Of a DNA stretch of 64,000 nt, positions 50,198 to 63,450 are shown piece by piece. The stretch lies in NCBI RefSeq assembly GCF_009914755.1, contig NC_060936.1, one strand, 5' to 3'. Each line of letters starts with the position of its first letter. Positions within the stretch are counted from its first letter, which is position 1. Below the pieces are notes generated by a model, which was not told the origin of the DNA, searched no databases, and saw only the letters and a program-made list of their open reading frames with translations. Made by a program: the position numbers and the translations under genes. Source of the stretch: the human T2T-CHM13v2.0 reference genome, Homo sapiens.

Positions 50198-53100
50198 GTA
50201 AAAGAAATTTCTCTTTGCTTGGTCCTTTTTGTTTACACTTAAAGAGAATTTTTGAAATTGAAAATGAATGCACCTTTTGAGATAAAATAACATACTGTTT
50301 CACGGAAATCAACCCTGCTGTATGGCAATGTGTTTCTGTGGGTCTGGATTTCATTACCAGTTGGTAATTTTGTTTCTAAAATCCTCTGAATTTATCTATC
50401 CAGTGGGTTGGCAAGGATTCTACTGTGTTCTCTCACTCTTGACTTCATACTAGTGACCTGTTGAACTGACCTCGTAGGAACAGTTCTCTGAGACCCAGGG
50501 TGAGGCATGAGTCACAGGCACCTCTGGAGTAATGGAGCAGGCTAGAGCTCTCCTTAAATAGAACACCTGCCTTATTGCCATTAGAAAGCATAAGTGGCAT
50601 TTTAAATTCTCTAATTTCATATCCTTGGGACACATCAACTTAGGCCTTCTGAATTATACAGCTGGCCTGGAAAGAAAGTTGTGAGACAACTGCGAGCTTT
50701 GTTTTGATTCTACATGATGTCAAAAGAACTGATGGAAAAAAGAACTGTGCTAACTTTATTTTAAAAGAAAGCGTTTAGCGAGCTTTTTAGTAAGAAGTGG
50801 GGATTGAATACTAAGGGATGTACTTCACCTTCATTTTTCTAGCTTTTTAGAAACTCTTACCTGCTGAATTGCTCCACTGGAGTGAGAACCACCTAAAGAA
50901 CACTTATCAGAAGGGTTAGAGATGGCGTCTAGGAGAGAGAGCCCCACTCGTACTGAAATGTATCATCTTTTGCAGTGCTCTTATGGACTCTGCTAGTACA
51001 GGATAGGTGTGTGGGGACCCAGTAGCGATGGTGCTGGCAAGAAATGGGAGAAAAGGAAGGAAATTTTTAGTTAGATGTGGATCTAAGGGCCATAATTAAG
51101 CTTTGTTTTTACATCAGTCTTAGAAATTTTGTTTACTGTTCACTTCTCACATCCTGAAAAACAACTAGTTAGGTCTTTCACAGTGGTGGAGGTAAGTTTA
51201 GAAGAGGCTGTGCTGAGTCAATGGCTTATTAATTTTGTTTTGCCAATATAATTAATGCAACTGGCATGGGGCTACAGTAATCCTTTTGTCATTAATAGAG
51301 GCAGAAATGCATAGATTGTTTATTCCCAGTTTGGTTCATTTTTTGTGCAGTGTCAGTAAATCTCAGAAAATACTAAATACTATAAAATTCAAGGTGCCTG
51401 AAATCAATTTTTGCTTTAATGTGGATATAAATTTCTACACAAATACTTGTGTTACAAATAAGTTTGTTGGTGTTACCAAATGTTCAGCCTGCTTTTCTTC
51501 CCGCTGGCACTGGAGTGTTTACCCAGAGGAGATGTCACAGTAAATTTCAATCTAAAGCATTCTCTGCAATTTAACTACTAAGAAGCCATTTAATCATCTT
51601 TTCCTATCTACATTTTTATAACGTCCTTAACTCTGATGGTAATTTGGGTACTATATTGGGTGGGTAAAGAGGGAGGGAGGTAATAGGTAAGTGATTAATT
51701 ACAGGGTTATAATTTCTGATGGAGATGCTGCTTTTATGACAAAAAAGATGAGTACCTCTGCAGGTGCTGCCTTTTCATTCCCTGGCTAAGGGAGATTTTC
51801 TGCAAACACCAAAGGAATTAAAGTTGAAGAATGGAACGAATTCTTAGAGTCATCCTCTGAGTTCTTTGTGTGGAACTGTAAACAATGGTTTGTAATGACA
51901 CTTCGTTTACTAGGCCAACTCACACAAAACTGCTCAGCTCATACATAACATACTAATAGTAATAGAATTTAGACAAACCATGGAGAACCATAATTCTGCA
52001 AGAAGTGTAAAAATACTACCTTGGTGATGTGGCACAGGAAGACCCCCATCTCACTATAGCCTCGCCTTCTCATCGGTAAAGGAATGGAAGAGGAATGAAT
52101 GTTTTCAATGAGCAGTATCAAGAGTGGAAAATGGAGTTCTAATGACCTCTTGGCTCCTTCGCTGGTGTGGGCACCTAAAAAGTAGCCTTGATATGTAAGA
52201 TCTGCAAATAAACCAGAAACTTGGTATGTATAGATAAAGGTTTAAGATTCAAAATTTTTGAATCTGAAATGTCAGCAGGAACACCTAGTCTCAATGACAC
52301 AATGAGTCACAGTGAGTTTAAATTAAAGAAAAATTGAAAGGTAACATCATAAATCTTTGTAGATGAAGTGCTGGCCATGGCCCTGCCACCAAGTAATCGC
52401 TAATAGAGATTAGAAGGTCATTTATTTAATTACTTCAAGTGTTTATAGTCCTTCATGATGAATTAATTTAGCAGGTATAGGTGAAACAGAACGCATTTAG
52501 CCTACTCCTGCTTCATTGAGAGGTGAAGCATTTTTTAATATTACTGAAAAAGTGTCATCTTCTCATGGTGTTTGGCATATTGTACACATTCAAAGCAAGG
52601 TACATTGAAATGGATTGGATAAGCACCTATTCTAAGCACTACACAACCGATCTCTTATTCAGCTTACAATAAATCACTAGCTTTTGTTAATTTAAGATGT
52701 GTAGATTTGTACTTATTATATTCTACTTCTAAGTACAAACTCTTAGGATCCTGTTTATATGAGTCTGTGAGTATGTGTTCTACTGAATGAGGAGGTGAAT
52801 GTCAGGGATGAGGTTGGTCATTCATAGGGTGCTTATCATATGTCAGGAACATGCATGATACCTTTTGCTTTATTAAGATAGTATCTTCCTACAACAATAA
52901 AAGCTGCTTTTATCTCCTTAAGAGTTTGGGTCTTGTAAATATAATTATCTATTCCTTAAATATATATATATAATATTTACATATTTTATATATAAATATG
53001 TATTTAAAATATATATGCTATTATTCAAAATTAAAGCTTCAAAAGTGTTTGACTTTATTGGTTTCTTTTAAATAATGCCTCATCCCCTTACTAAATCTGA

Positions 53101-56094
53101 ACAGAGGATCACATACTTGAAAGTTACAAGCTATATCCACAAATTCTATCTGAAGTACTCTTCATTACTGATAAACTACAGATGTGTATCTTATAGGACT
53201 TAAAGAGAATACTTCTAATAATCTTATAGAAGTTGAAGAAAATACTTTTAAGGATCTCAAGTCAACTTGGATTAGTGTAGGACTGGGTGAAATTTAATGG
53301 CTTTTTTTGAGTCTTGTGATTTATTTTTTCAGTAGAACTTTCAGCTGGTATTGGGCCATAACCCAGCTCTTGGCATTCAGATTCTGGAAAATTATCGTGG
53401 CATCTCAAACCACCTGAATGCCCATAATGGAGTGTTTTATTTTTGATAACATGACTTTTTGACCTTTGTTTGCACAATCAAATCCAGTGAGGTTTGCATA
53501 TTGCTGCCAGCTAATTTTATTGCTTTGTGGGATTATTTCTGCAAAACAAACCCAGAACAGTGAAAGCTCAATAGTTACAAATGATACTGCTATGTAATTA
53601 ATCGTGACCTTGAACTGAAAAGCAGAGCATGGTAAATTTTACTGTCAGTCTAATTGCAGCAGTTTGCAATTCAGACAACCCTGGAACACTGTTTTATTGC
53701 TCCATGAATATTTTGTGTATTAAACCAAAGCATTTGTCATAGTCAATATTTTACTAGGTAGTGATAAAAAGATAGTAGGATACACACTTCAGAATCATGG
53801 CACAAAGGTGCAAAAAGTATTTGGTGATCTGTTGGATGTATTTTGTTGCTGTATTCCGTAAACCGGAAAGACATGAGCAATATTATTGTGTATGTTTAGA
53901 GGTATTTTTCTTTTATGGAAATGTTTTAAGATTGGTACAATCTCAGTTTTTCACTTCCCCAAATCACGTATTTTACATATTCAGTTTGCCAGAGTTATTT
54001 TCACCTTGCCATGAAAAAGCTCACGATAAATTCCAACACATCACATCTGTCCTTCCGTCCTTCTATGAGACTTCAGATTACTTCAGAAGTGACATATTCT
54101 GGGTATAGTGTTTGAGATGTGAAGAGTTATGTAAAATGAGAGAAATTATTGTATTAATTGATAGGAATAATACTGATATAGAAAAAGCCTATTATTTTAG
54201 GCTCCTGTGATTTTTTTTTTGGACTGAAAATCAAGTTTAAGCGGAGGGTTAGAGAAAGCATCACCTTCAAGTAACAATGAGTGCTTCATCAATGTCAATT
54301 CACATGGACCTGTTTTATTCTTTCTCTTTCAACTGACATCAAACAGAAGCGTGGTCTGGGCTTGGTGTCTGCATGTGACTGTGTTAGGTTACTTTAATAA
54401 TTTTCCTGGAAACATCACCCACTTACGATTGCCAGAGCTCTACAGAGTAGAAGTACTTTGTCAATTTAAAGCTAGCCTAGTTCTTATTTTGCTATTTATT
54501 TCATTTAGTGTGCTGATTCTTTTCATTTTATTTTTGCATTTTCTTGCAGTGATGATAAAATAACATCATATACAAGTCAAAAAGTGTTCTTCAGATTATT
54601 CTTGCAGGTGTAGACTACTTAAGATTGTTTATGTTGGAAACTAATTAAAAATCTGTTTTCTTTAAAGAAAATATGAGCATAAATCAATAAAAAAAGAAAG
54701 TTTAGTGAGGATAGGTCTAGCCCTTATATTTGTTGATTTTCTTAAAGAATGGCCTCATTAAATGAGGCCATTTAATTATTTTTATAAATCTACCTGACTT
54801 CCTTTTTTAATGTATATTACATAAGTTATAGGGAGCATGAGGGATGATGAGGTTTCTGAAACAACATCGTATCATTTATTATCAGCCAATCCTGAAGCAC
54901 GGCTCTAGTAAGAATGAATTGTAGTGTCAGTTTCAACAAAAGTGGTTAGTCATTCAACTGTTGATTATCTAAACTTCTCATTTTTGAAACATAGCCATTT
55001 TATAATGTTACTATATAAATCTGGAATTAATGTGTAGACATAAACATGAACATCAAGTTCCCAAAGAAACTCGTGCTGTGATTGTAGCATACTCGGATGC
55101 AGATTAAGACTATCCCTAATTTCTACCTCTGCTTCATACTTCTATAAGATGATTCCACAAACAGCTGTCTCCCAGTTATTTTATCTGGCATCCTCTAAGG
55201 ATGAATTAGATAAAGTGACTCTTTTTCCACTCAGAAGTGATTCTAGAAACTTCTTTCTCAGATTTGAACTTGGATAGAACCTCCTTTCATTTTTTCTCCA
55301 CCATATCATAGAAATCTAAAAATTCATATGGCGGCCTTTTTGCACCTGGCAGCACACATTTTTGAAGTATTTGGACTTGGTATAACAGAAAAAACTGGAA
55401 ATGGATAAAAGTGAATGGGACATATGCATACTTTATGGTTCCACCATTTTGTTCTAGACTAGACTATGTGCTTTCTCCTGATTGGTGGATTTAAGACGTC
55501 AATAGATATAGTGAGCCTATATCTTCATATAAATGGATAAAATATACAGTCCCAAGATATATAACACTCAATATATTTTGAACATTTTGAAGGCAGAATT
55601 ATATGAAAATCTCTGAGTATTAGTTGCCATTAATTATGACTGTAATTATAATGATACTAATTATTATTAACATATAAAGTTTTCTCAGTTTTAATTCTGA
55701 TTTTTCTTAAATCTTTTCCTCTGTCTTGATACTAACATGTGAGTTCTGGCTTTTATCATTTCATAAAGGAAAGAATATACTAAGACTAACATTTTTCTTC
55801 TAAAATATGTCCCATTTGTTTCTCTGGATAGCAGGCTGCCTGCTAGTGAGCTGGGCCATCTGATTTAATAGCAATAAGACAGGGTGGATAAAAATTTTTG
55901 TGGTTTTCTTACAGAGGGACTGACTAATTGTCTCCAAAATTGATTCTAGTTCAGGAATATGCAATGCCTGGGATAAGAATTAAATGAAACTAAGCCGATT
56001 TAAAGATATGTTACAAAAGTGGTAGACATAAGGAATTCTGCCTATTTTGCATATAATTTTTTACAGTATGACTGCAAAGTTGAAAAAATCAACA

Positions 56095-56262
56095 TATTTG
56101 ATTTTCTGAGTATATTCTGAGGACCAACAGCATCACTGTCATCTGGGAGCTTATAAGAAATACAAAATCTCAGGACCTACACTAAACCTATTGAATGGGA
56201 ATGTGCATTTTAAGATCCCCCGGTGACTCTAATGCACAGCAATATTTGAGAACCCTTGCCCT
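56095..56262. mobile_element. MER5A hAT MITE
   Basis: cagcatcactgtcatctgggagcttataagaaatacaaaatctcagg...tgcattttaagatcccccggtgactc...ttgagaacc. Confidence 0.8.
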
Positions 56263-56269
56263 ACAGACA

Positions 56270-56471
56270 GTTTCTGAGAGCACCCCAGGAGGATTAAGTT
56301 TTAGTTACTCACCATTGTGATGTGTTCAATGAAGTGGCCTTTAGTTTCTATCTTCTGGTTTCTGTCTCCCTAACTCCCTTCCCAGTATTTCCTGGAATCA
56401 TCAGCCAAATAAATTACTTGCACTTGGATCATTGTTTTGGGGTCTGCTCTCAGGAAACCTAAACTATGACA
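56270..56471 (+). mobile_element. LTR16-like ERVL LTR 3' part
   Basis: ccaaataaattacttgcacttggatc...ggtctgctctcaggaaacctaaactatgaca. Confidence 0.65.
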
Positions 56472-57276
56472 CTCTATATCTACAGTTCTGGTATTCATAT
56501 TTGTTTCAGTCAGCTAATGTTGGACTCTGTTAGCACAGCTGTTTGGAATTTAAACTTTTCAAGAATTCTTTCATCCTTATTATTCATTCCTGTTTTATTC
56601 TTGGATATCCTAAGTGCATACCCAGACTAATGATAATATCAACACTTGTTCAGTATGGTTGGTCATTTTTAAAAATAAACAGGCAATTTATGGGTGACCC
56701 ACACAAAGAACAGCTGCTGCCATCACTCACGCCCTCTCCATTGTTGATGGCCTCTGCAACTGACATTGTCCCAAGCAGCTGCCGACAGAGCTGCCAGTAC
56801 CTGTTTCCACGTCCAACCTTTATTCTATTCGTTAAAAAAAAAAAAGACACAATTAGGAGACATTTATTGAATCAGATATTTGGTGCTTGGAATCTGGAGT
56901 GGGTTTTCAGGCAAAATTTTTCTATTCATTCCCCTCTTCTTCTTAGAGTTCCCTGTGAGGAAGCTATATATACATGAAACAGTGACTAAATGGGAAAAAA
57001 TGACTGGCATTATAAACAGAGTATGTGTATGAATGTCTCTACTCTCCTAAAAGTGGATCATTTCTAAAAAGCTTTAGTACTTTAGGTCCAAAAGCCAAAT
57101 CTGGGTTTTTGAGTCCCTCAAAGCTGGAATCACCACTTCACTGAGCAAACCAAATACTAACCAAATTAGTTGTGTGGCTGAAGATGGACAGAGCTTGCCC
57201 AAAGATGGGAACCCTGTTAGTTGAGCTTATCACAAATGAGCAATACATTGAAAAGAAGTGGTGGTGCCCATGACTC

Positions 57277-57609
57277 TACCTTACTTCATTTTGTGCTGCA
57301 ATAACAGACTGGGTAATCTATAAGAAATAGAAATTCCTTGGCTCACAGATCTGGATGCTGGCAAGTCCAGTGCTGAGGTGCTGGCACCTGGTGAGGGCCT
57401 CTTGCTGCATCATCACAGAAGAAGCAAGAGAGAGCTAGAAAGAGCAAGTGGTGGCTGAAATCACTCTTTTACAGCAGCACCAACCCAACCATGAGGGTGG
57501 AGCCCTCAGTACATAATTACCTCTTAAAAGTCCCACCTCTTAATACTGTAATAATGGCAATTAAATTTCAACAGGAGTTTTGGAGGAGGCTAACATACAA
57601 ACCATAGTA
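57277..57609 (-). mobile_element. MSTC/MSTD-like MaLR solo LTR
   Basis: agactgggtaatctataagaaatagaaatt, ggtgagggcctcttgctgcatcat, ggcaattaaatttcaaca, caaaccatagta. Confidence 0.8.
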
Positions 57610-57709
57610 CTACCTTTAGCAGAAACAACCACTGCCTCCTAATACAACATGGCTTACTATTTCACTCAAGACCTGATGAAACTAGCAATGTCTTTGGGAA
57701 GATCCAGTA

Positions 57710-57910
57710 AAACATAGTACAGCAAAGAGTTAAAAGCACAGAATCTACAATAAGACCACTTGATTTTGGTTCTCGAATCCGACACTTTGTCAAATTACTC
57801 AACTTCTGTCTTCCTCCAGTTTTCTCATTTGTGTTACTTCTTAAAATGATAGTTACAGCAGTTGAAACAGTGCTTCACATGTGAAAAACAATAACTGGTA
57901 GCTATTGGAG
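57710..57910 (+). mobile_element. MIR
   Basis: catagtacagcaaagagttaaaagcacag...cagttttctcatttgt. Confidence 0.6.
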
Positions 57911-58149
57911 GTGGGCTAAGGAGTTGGTTGTGTTCTGTCTTCTGGGGGCAGACTCATTACTCCTTTCTCATCACTGACTTACTATGGGGCCCCAGCAGTG
58001 CTAGTGTTGAATGGCTTCCTAGTTTGCTCAAATCACGGCACTCCATTTTAGATTTCCCTCTCCAAACTGCATATAACAAATGATTTAAGCACTTTTAATA
58101 CCAGGCTCCCCTAAAAGTGAAGACTTTCTTTATTTGGGGGTAGGGTGGG

Positions 58150-58150
<1 letters not shown>

Positions 58151-58193
<43 letters not shown>
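58151..58193. repeat. (AC)21 microsatellite
   Basis: Perfect AC run. Confidence 0.97.
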
Positions 58194-58195
<2 letters not shown>

Positions 58196-58719
58196 GATGG
58201 AAGTATAACTAATAAATCAATCCTTGATTCTCCACCCTAGCCCCAGGACAGAATTTCCCTGTGGGTCTGGTCATTCTTCCTGGCTTCTACTGAGCTGCAT
58301 CTTAGTGGTTCATTTAGGCCATGACACCGTCTGCTGGTTCCCTGGAGAGAGTCAGAGGGAGAATTAGTGCTTATGATATTTCATCCTAATATATGGATAC
58401 AACATCAATCACCTGTAACTAGAACTCAACCCTAGAGCTAGTCAGAAGAGAAGTCTATGTTCAAAGACTTTATTTCCCTTAGGATGACACATTTGTTAAA
58501 TCAAAATACTTTATGGCCATGGCATATTGACAAGAGCAAGGTTACCCTTAATTCATGGTACATTTTAATAGTGTTTACTGTCTAAACCCTAAATATTAGA
58601 GTTTTGTTTCTATTTTCAAGAGGAGAAAAAGAACATTGAACATGGGAAAAATTCTCAATACATGAACTGACTCATCTTTTATCTTTACCATTTCCAAAGT
58701 GAGATAAGGAATGTAAAAA

Positions 58720-58835
58720 CTACGTGATAAAGCAAACATAATAAAATGTTAATTATAGACTCTAGTGGCAGTCATGGAGATGTTCACTGTAAAATTCTTT
58801 CAACTTTTCTGTATATTTGATAATATTTATAAATC
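58720..58835 (+). mobile_element. Old L1M 3' end fragment
   Basis: gatgttcactgtaaaattctttcaacttttctgtatatttga. Confidence 0.6.
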
Positions 58836-61629
58836 CACAGGGGGAATATGTTAGTAAGATGTAATACTTGTTTTCAAGGTATTTAGTAGCATAGCTATAG
58901 TTCCCCTGCCATACTTCTCCAAACTTGATTCTCCCTAACAATGTAACTTGGGGATCAAGAGGGCTTAGAGGATTTTTGAGAAGTTAAGGGAGGCTGGCCC
59001 AGGACTGCTATTACTTGCCTTTAAGCTGTACTATGTACTCTTTTCAGTTGTACTGGAATGCTAACCAGCATTTGTTGCATGATCTACATGGAAAATTTAC
59101 TATGAATTTTCAACAACTTAGAAACCAATTTTAGGACTCCATCCCACATCTATTGCTTTTTTTCCTTAAGTATTTTATATATTCAATCATTTGTACATTC
59201 CATAGAATACTTTTATTGTGCTCTGATTTAAATCTGGGAATGTCAGTTCCAAGCATTAAACAAATAAAAAGAAATGACTTTTTATAGTTAGTAATTCTTC
59301 ATGATCAATTTTTCATCTTTCATGGGATGAACTATCCTTTATAAATGTTTCCTGCCACATATTACACTGAATAGTGTAGTTGGTTAAAAATCAATTCAAA
59401 ATGTGATGTTATATTGCTTATTTAGAATCAATTTCTTATGTGTATATTTGTATAATGGTAAAGTAGTTCTTTAGTGCACAGTAGGTATAGCTCTTTGCTA
59501 AGAATGTTCTCCAGTATATTCAGACATTTCTACATATTAGCTTGCTAGTTTCCAGTAAACTCGCCAGGTTTTGTTAAGTAATTGTCTCAGAACTTGAGAT
59601 AGTTTTGATCCACTCAAATTAGTAATCCTGCTCTTATAATGTGTTTTATATATTGGATTTTAACATAATATTTTGTTTGAAGAAGGAAATCAAAATAATT
59701 GCACACAGATTTAAATGATACAATATTTTGGCTGAACTTAATGTGTTTTCTGCATTTATGGGGTACCTACTTATGCTCTGTGGTAGGTAATAGTAAAACT
59801 ACCATGTTAACTGCATTACTAATGGGTTTATTCATTTATACTCATCACTTGTCCTTTGCATAACAGTGTGGGTTAGGCTTCTAGGTAATATGTGAATAGC
59901 AACATACAATTACAAAGCACTTTTCCTTGCATTTTCTTCCATTCTTACACTTTACAACTCTGTAAAACTATAGATCAGGTAATCTTTACGTCCACATGAG
60001 GGACAGGGACTTTCCCAAGATCATACAACTCACCAGGTTGCATCTTTTTATTTTGCTTAGTGGTTTCTTTAAATCCACTTGTATTTAGCACACTTTCTAT
60101 GTGCATTGAAATTACATATCAAATTATTCCTTCCTTAATAACATCTAATTTACTAATGTGTTGTTAGAAGTATGTTTAAAGGACATTAATCTACAAAGCC
60201 TTTCTAGTGTTTCTATTAAATTTGTATGCCACATGCGTTGGCATATAGTATACTTTCTTTGTGCAAATGTTTTTCAAGAGCTACTCCCCAAATGACTTTG
60301 AAAAGGTGTGAAAAATAGTCCAGATTTGGGAACCACAGTTCTTTGATGACATTAAACCGGTTTGATCATATTACACTTGTGATACCTGAGAATTTAGATT
60401 TAAGTTTCTCCTTCTATCTTATTAGAGCTGACAGATTTTGGAAAATTACATTAGGAAGTTTTATTAATTGTTAGGAAAATGTATTGTAGAAACCCAGGTT
60501 ATATTTAAATTTGATAAGCTACACAAAGAAAATTCATCAACAGTCCACACAGGTAGGGCCATGAGTTTTTGCCAGCCCATCAGCCACCAGATAACCCACA
60601 AGGCTTGGCTCCCTGGTCTCTTAGTGGTGCCAGTGACACATGTGAGTACACGCATGTATGTGAGCCACCTTGCTCTCCTGTAGTGAAGCAGGATGTTCTA
60701 TTGGACCAAGTTCACATTTGGTATTTGTTCACCATGGTGGAAATGAATGGGAACCGGGGCCTGTCACAGAGGTGAGACTGCTAGCCAATTCAAGGCATAT
60801 CCACACCATTTTTGAGGAAATATTAAATAAAATACATATGTGACCATTTAAGTGCCTAATTTACAGCACTTGATTTGTCTGACACACAATGAGGGTAAGA
60901 ATAGTGTTCTATATAAATGGCTCCTTCGTTTTTCCACTTTGATAAACATTCTTAAAAAGAGCTTCATTTACAAACATTACACTTTCCTAACATTTGTGTT
61001 TTTGCAAATGCTTAGAGTTGTAGAGTACTCCTCAGAATGTATACATTCAGTTCCAAGATGAGGCTGCCTCTTAAGAATGTCACCAAACCACATCAATAAT
61101 TCTGCCTGCTTTTCAAATTTTGCTGCTGGTAATTAATTTCTACTTAATATTTTTCATTAAAATTAGATGTTCTCCTTTAAACTCTTACCAGCTGCTTGAT
61201 TAGACAATATTGTTAGGTACGATGTAGCAGTTTTACCTCATACTATCTCAGTAAGTAAGGCCTCCATCTTTTAACAGTTGCTGGTATTGGCAAATTATAA
61301 TGTTTGTAAATGACAGATAAGTAACACCTTGTATGTACATGTTATTTTCTAATTAACATTGGAAAATGATCTGGGGTTATACTTTTAAAACAATGTGAAC
61401 TTTGTAATTAATGTGTTAATCTGCTTTGCTCTGTAAAATATTTTTAGGTAATTATGAATTAATGTAGCATACCATGTTGTTTTGGGGGAAAACTACAAAA
61501 TGAGGATAAATAAAGATGTACCCAGACATTTCCGAAGCACTTACCATTTTATGAATTTCTTCCATATCCATCATCAGGTTCTAAATTAGTGGTTTGACTA
61601 AATATATGATACTAAGAGTATATGTGGAT

Positions 61630-62180
61630 ATAGCAATGACCTTTTAAATGCCCGGCACATCCAGATTTATCACTCACTTTCCTAAAACTCTGATGACTTT
61701 TTAGCACAATCTGAGCTCTTTAACATGGCCCATGGGACCCGACATAATCTCATCCCATTCCCCCTCCAACCTGTCTCCTGCCATTCTTTCTTCAATTCAT
61801 TCTCTTCCAGACATATTGACAACCCATCTCTAAGTTCCTTGAACAATGCAAGTACAGTACTACCTATCTTCTTACCTTTAGGCCTTTGTACTGACTACCC
61901 CTTCTGCCTGGAATACTCATTGCTCTATTTTTTACATGGGTGGCTGTTGCTTCATCATTCATGTATCCAGTATTACTGTAATTTCCTCAAGAAAGTGCTT
62001 TCCCACCACTCCATCATTATGTTCTATAATAGCACACTGTTGTCTGCCTTCTTAAGAATGATTGTTTGTATTTTTACTCATGTATTGTTTGTTTGCAGTC
62101 AGCCTCTACCAGGTCAGGGACATTGCTTGTCTCATTCATCCTCGTATTGATGCCTTGCATATGATACGTACTCAGGAACT
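61630..62180 (+). mobile_element. L2 3' region
   Basis: aatgacctttta, ctctttaacatggccc, cccttctgcctggaatactc, ggtcagggacattgcttgtc. Confidence 0.7.
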
Positions 62181-63450
62181 ATTGCTATGGCACAAAGAAG
62201 AAAAGCCTATGTGGGTACATAAAATACCATTAATTCAGCAAATGTCTTATGAGGACTTAACAAATTGGGTTGTGATTTTTTTAATAAAAGGTAAACAAAA
62301 AAGATAAGCTAAACACTGAGCTTGCTCCAAAGCAGCTCTCACATAGTATACCAAAAAAAAAATTTTTTTTTTAATGAAAATCTTAAAGCAGAGTCTGTTT
62401 GGTTAGATTAAATGCTTATGGGTATGCTGTCTTTACATACCCATGTACCTTTATTTCTTCCTATGAGGGAAGGGCAGAACTTTCAAAGGGCAAAGCTATC
62501 AAAGCAGCCTCCTGCATTTTCCATTGACTCTCCATATCCTTCTGACTCTTACAAGTGAGAAAAATGACAGGTTTAAATGTTTTATAATTTCCATTACAAA
62601 TTACCTAGCTGTTTAATTATAAATTCATCCATGATATTTTATAGGCAGAAGTGATGGCATACTTAGGATTTAGAATTTTGGATACAGACAGTATGTGCTA
62701 CTTGGACTCTCAATCTATATATGGCTTGTATAAAAAATTAAAGGCTAAAGTTATTTAACATTTAGTATTTGATTTCCCCCCTCAAAAAAATGTAGGGTAA
62801 AAGGATTGTCAAATTCTGTTTAAGTTTTGTAATAATTATGCATGCCTCCAGCTACCATGTTAGCACAGAGTCTGGTATCTAATTCTTGAGTGGCATTGAA
62901 GAATGCCTGACGGATGATACAACTGAAAGTAGGGAGGGGCAGCCTCAGTCCTGCTACACATCCAAGACAAGATAAACCCCGTTCTCACATGTCTATGCCA
63001 TTGTTTTTTGCTGGCAGATGGTGCTGGCAGGTGTTTCTGCATTGCCTGACTGGTGATGCCTGTCTATTGCTGGTCCAGGATGGTCTCAGAGAGAAGATGA
63101 TCCTGCTTCCTAGGGCTAAGCTGGATGGTACTTCAGCAACTGTAGCTGCAGTGCTCAGCGCTCATCCTCTTCAGGTCACATAACCACCTCCAAGGTATCA
63201 GCTGGCACCAGAGATCCTGCATTAGACCTGTTTCCAGGGTCTTCACTCCTAAACGTCAGCAACCATTTTTCTTTTCTACTCTCAAACACAGCGTGTTTGA
63301 TTCTATCTCTTTTACCTGGGTAGCAGCCTTCTAGGAAAATTTCCTAGGACCCTGGACAGAGTTGGTTTCAATAACTCCAAGATAAATTCCCAGAAAATTT
63401 CTTGTTAAGAAAGGAAAAAGACAAAAAATGAAAACACATTATTCTCTGAT

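Noticed and set aside
52955-53020. TA-rich inverted repeat
   Set aside because: Self-complementarity is expected in (TA)-rich low-complexity DNA
56543-56977. 144-aa ORF
   Set aside because: Non-ATG start, no recognisable homology or splice signals
61725-62150. 141-aa hydrophobic ORF
   Set aside because: Lies within an L2 remnant; hydrophobicity reflects pyrimidine richness
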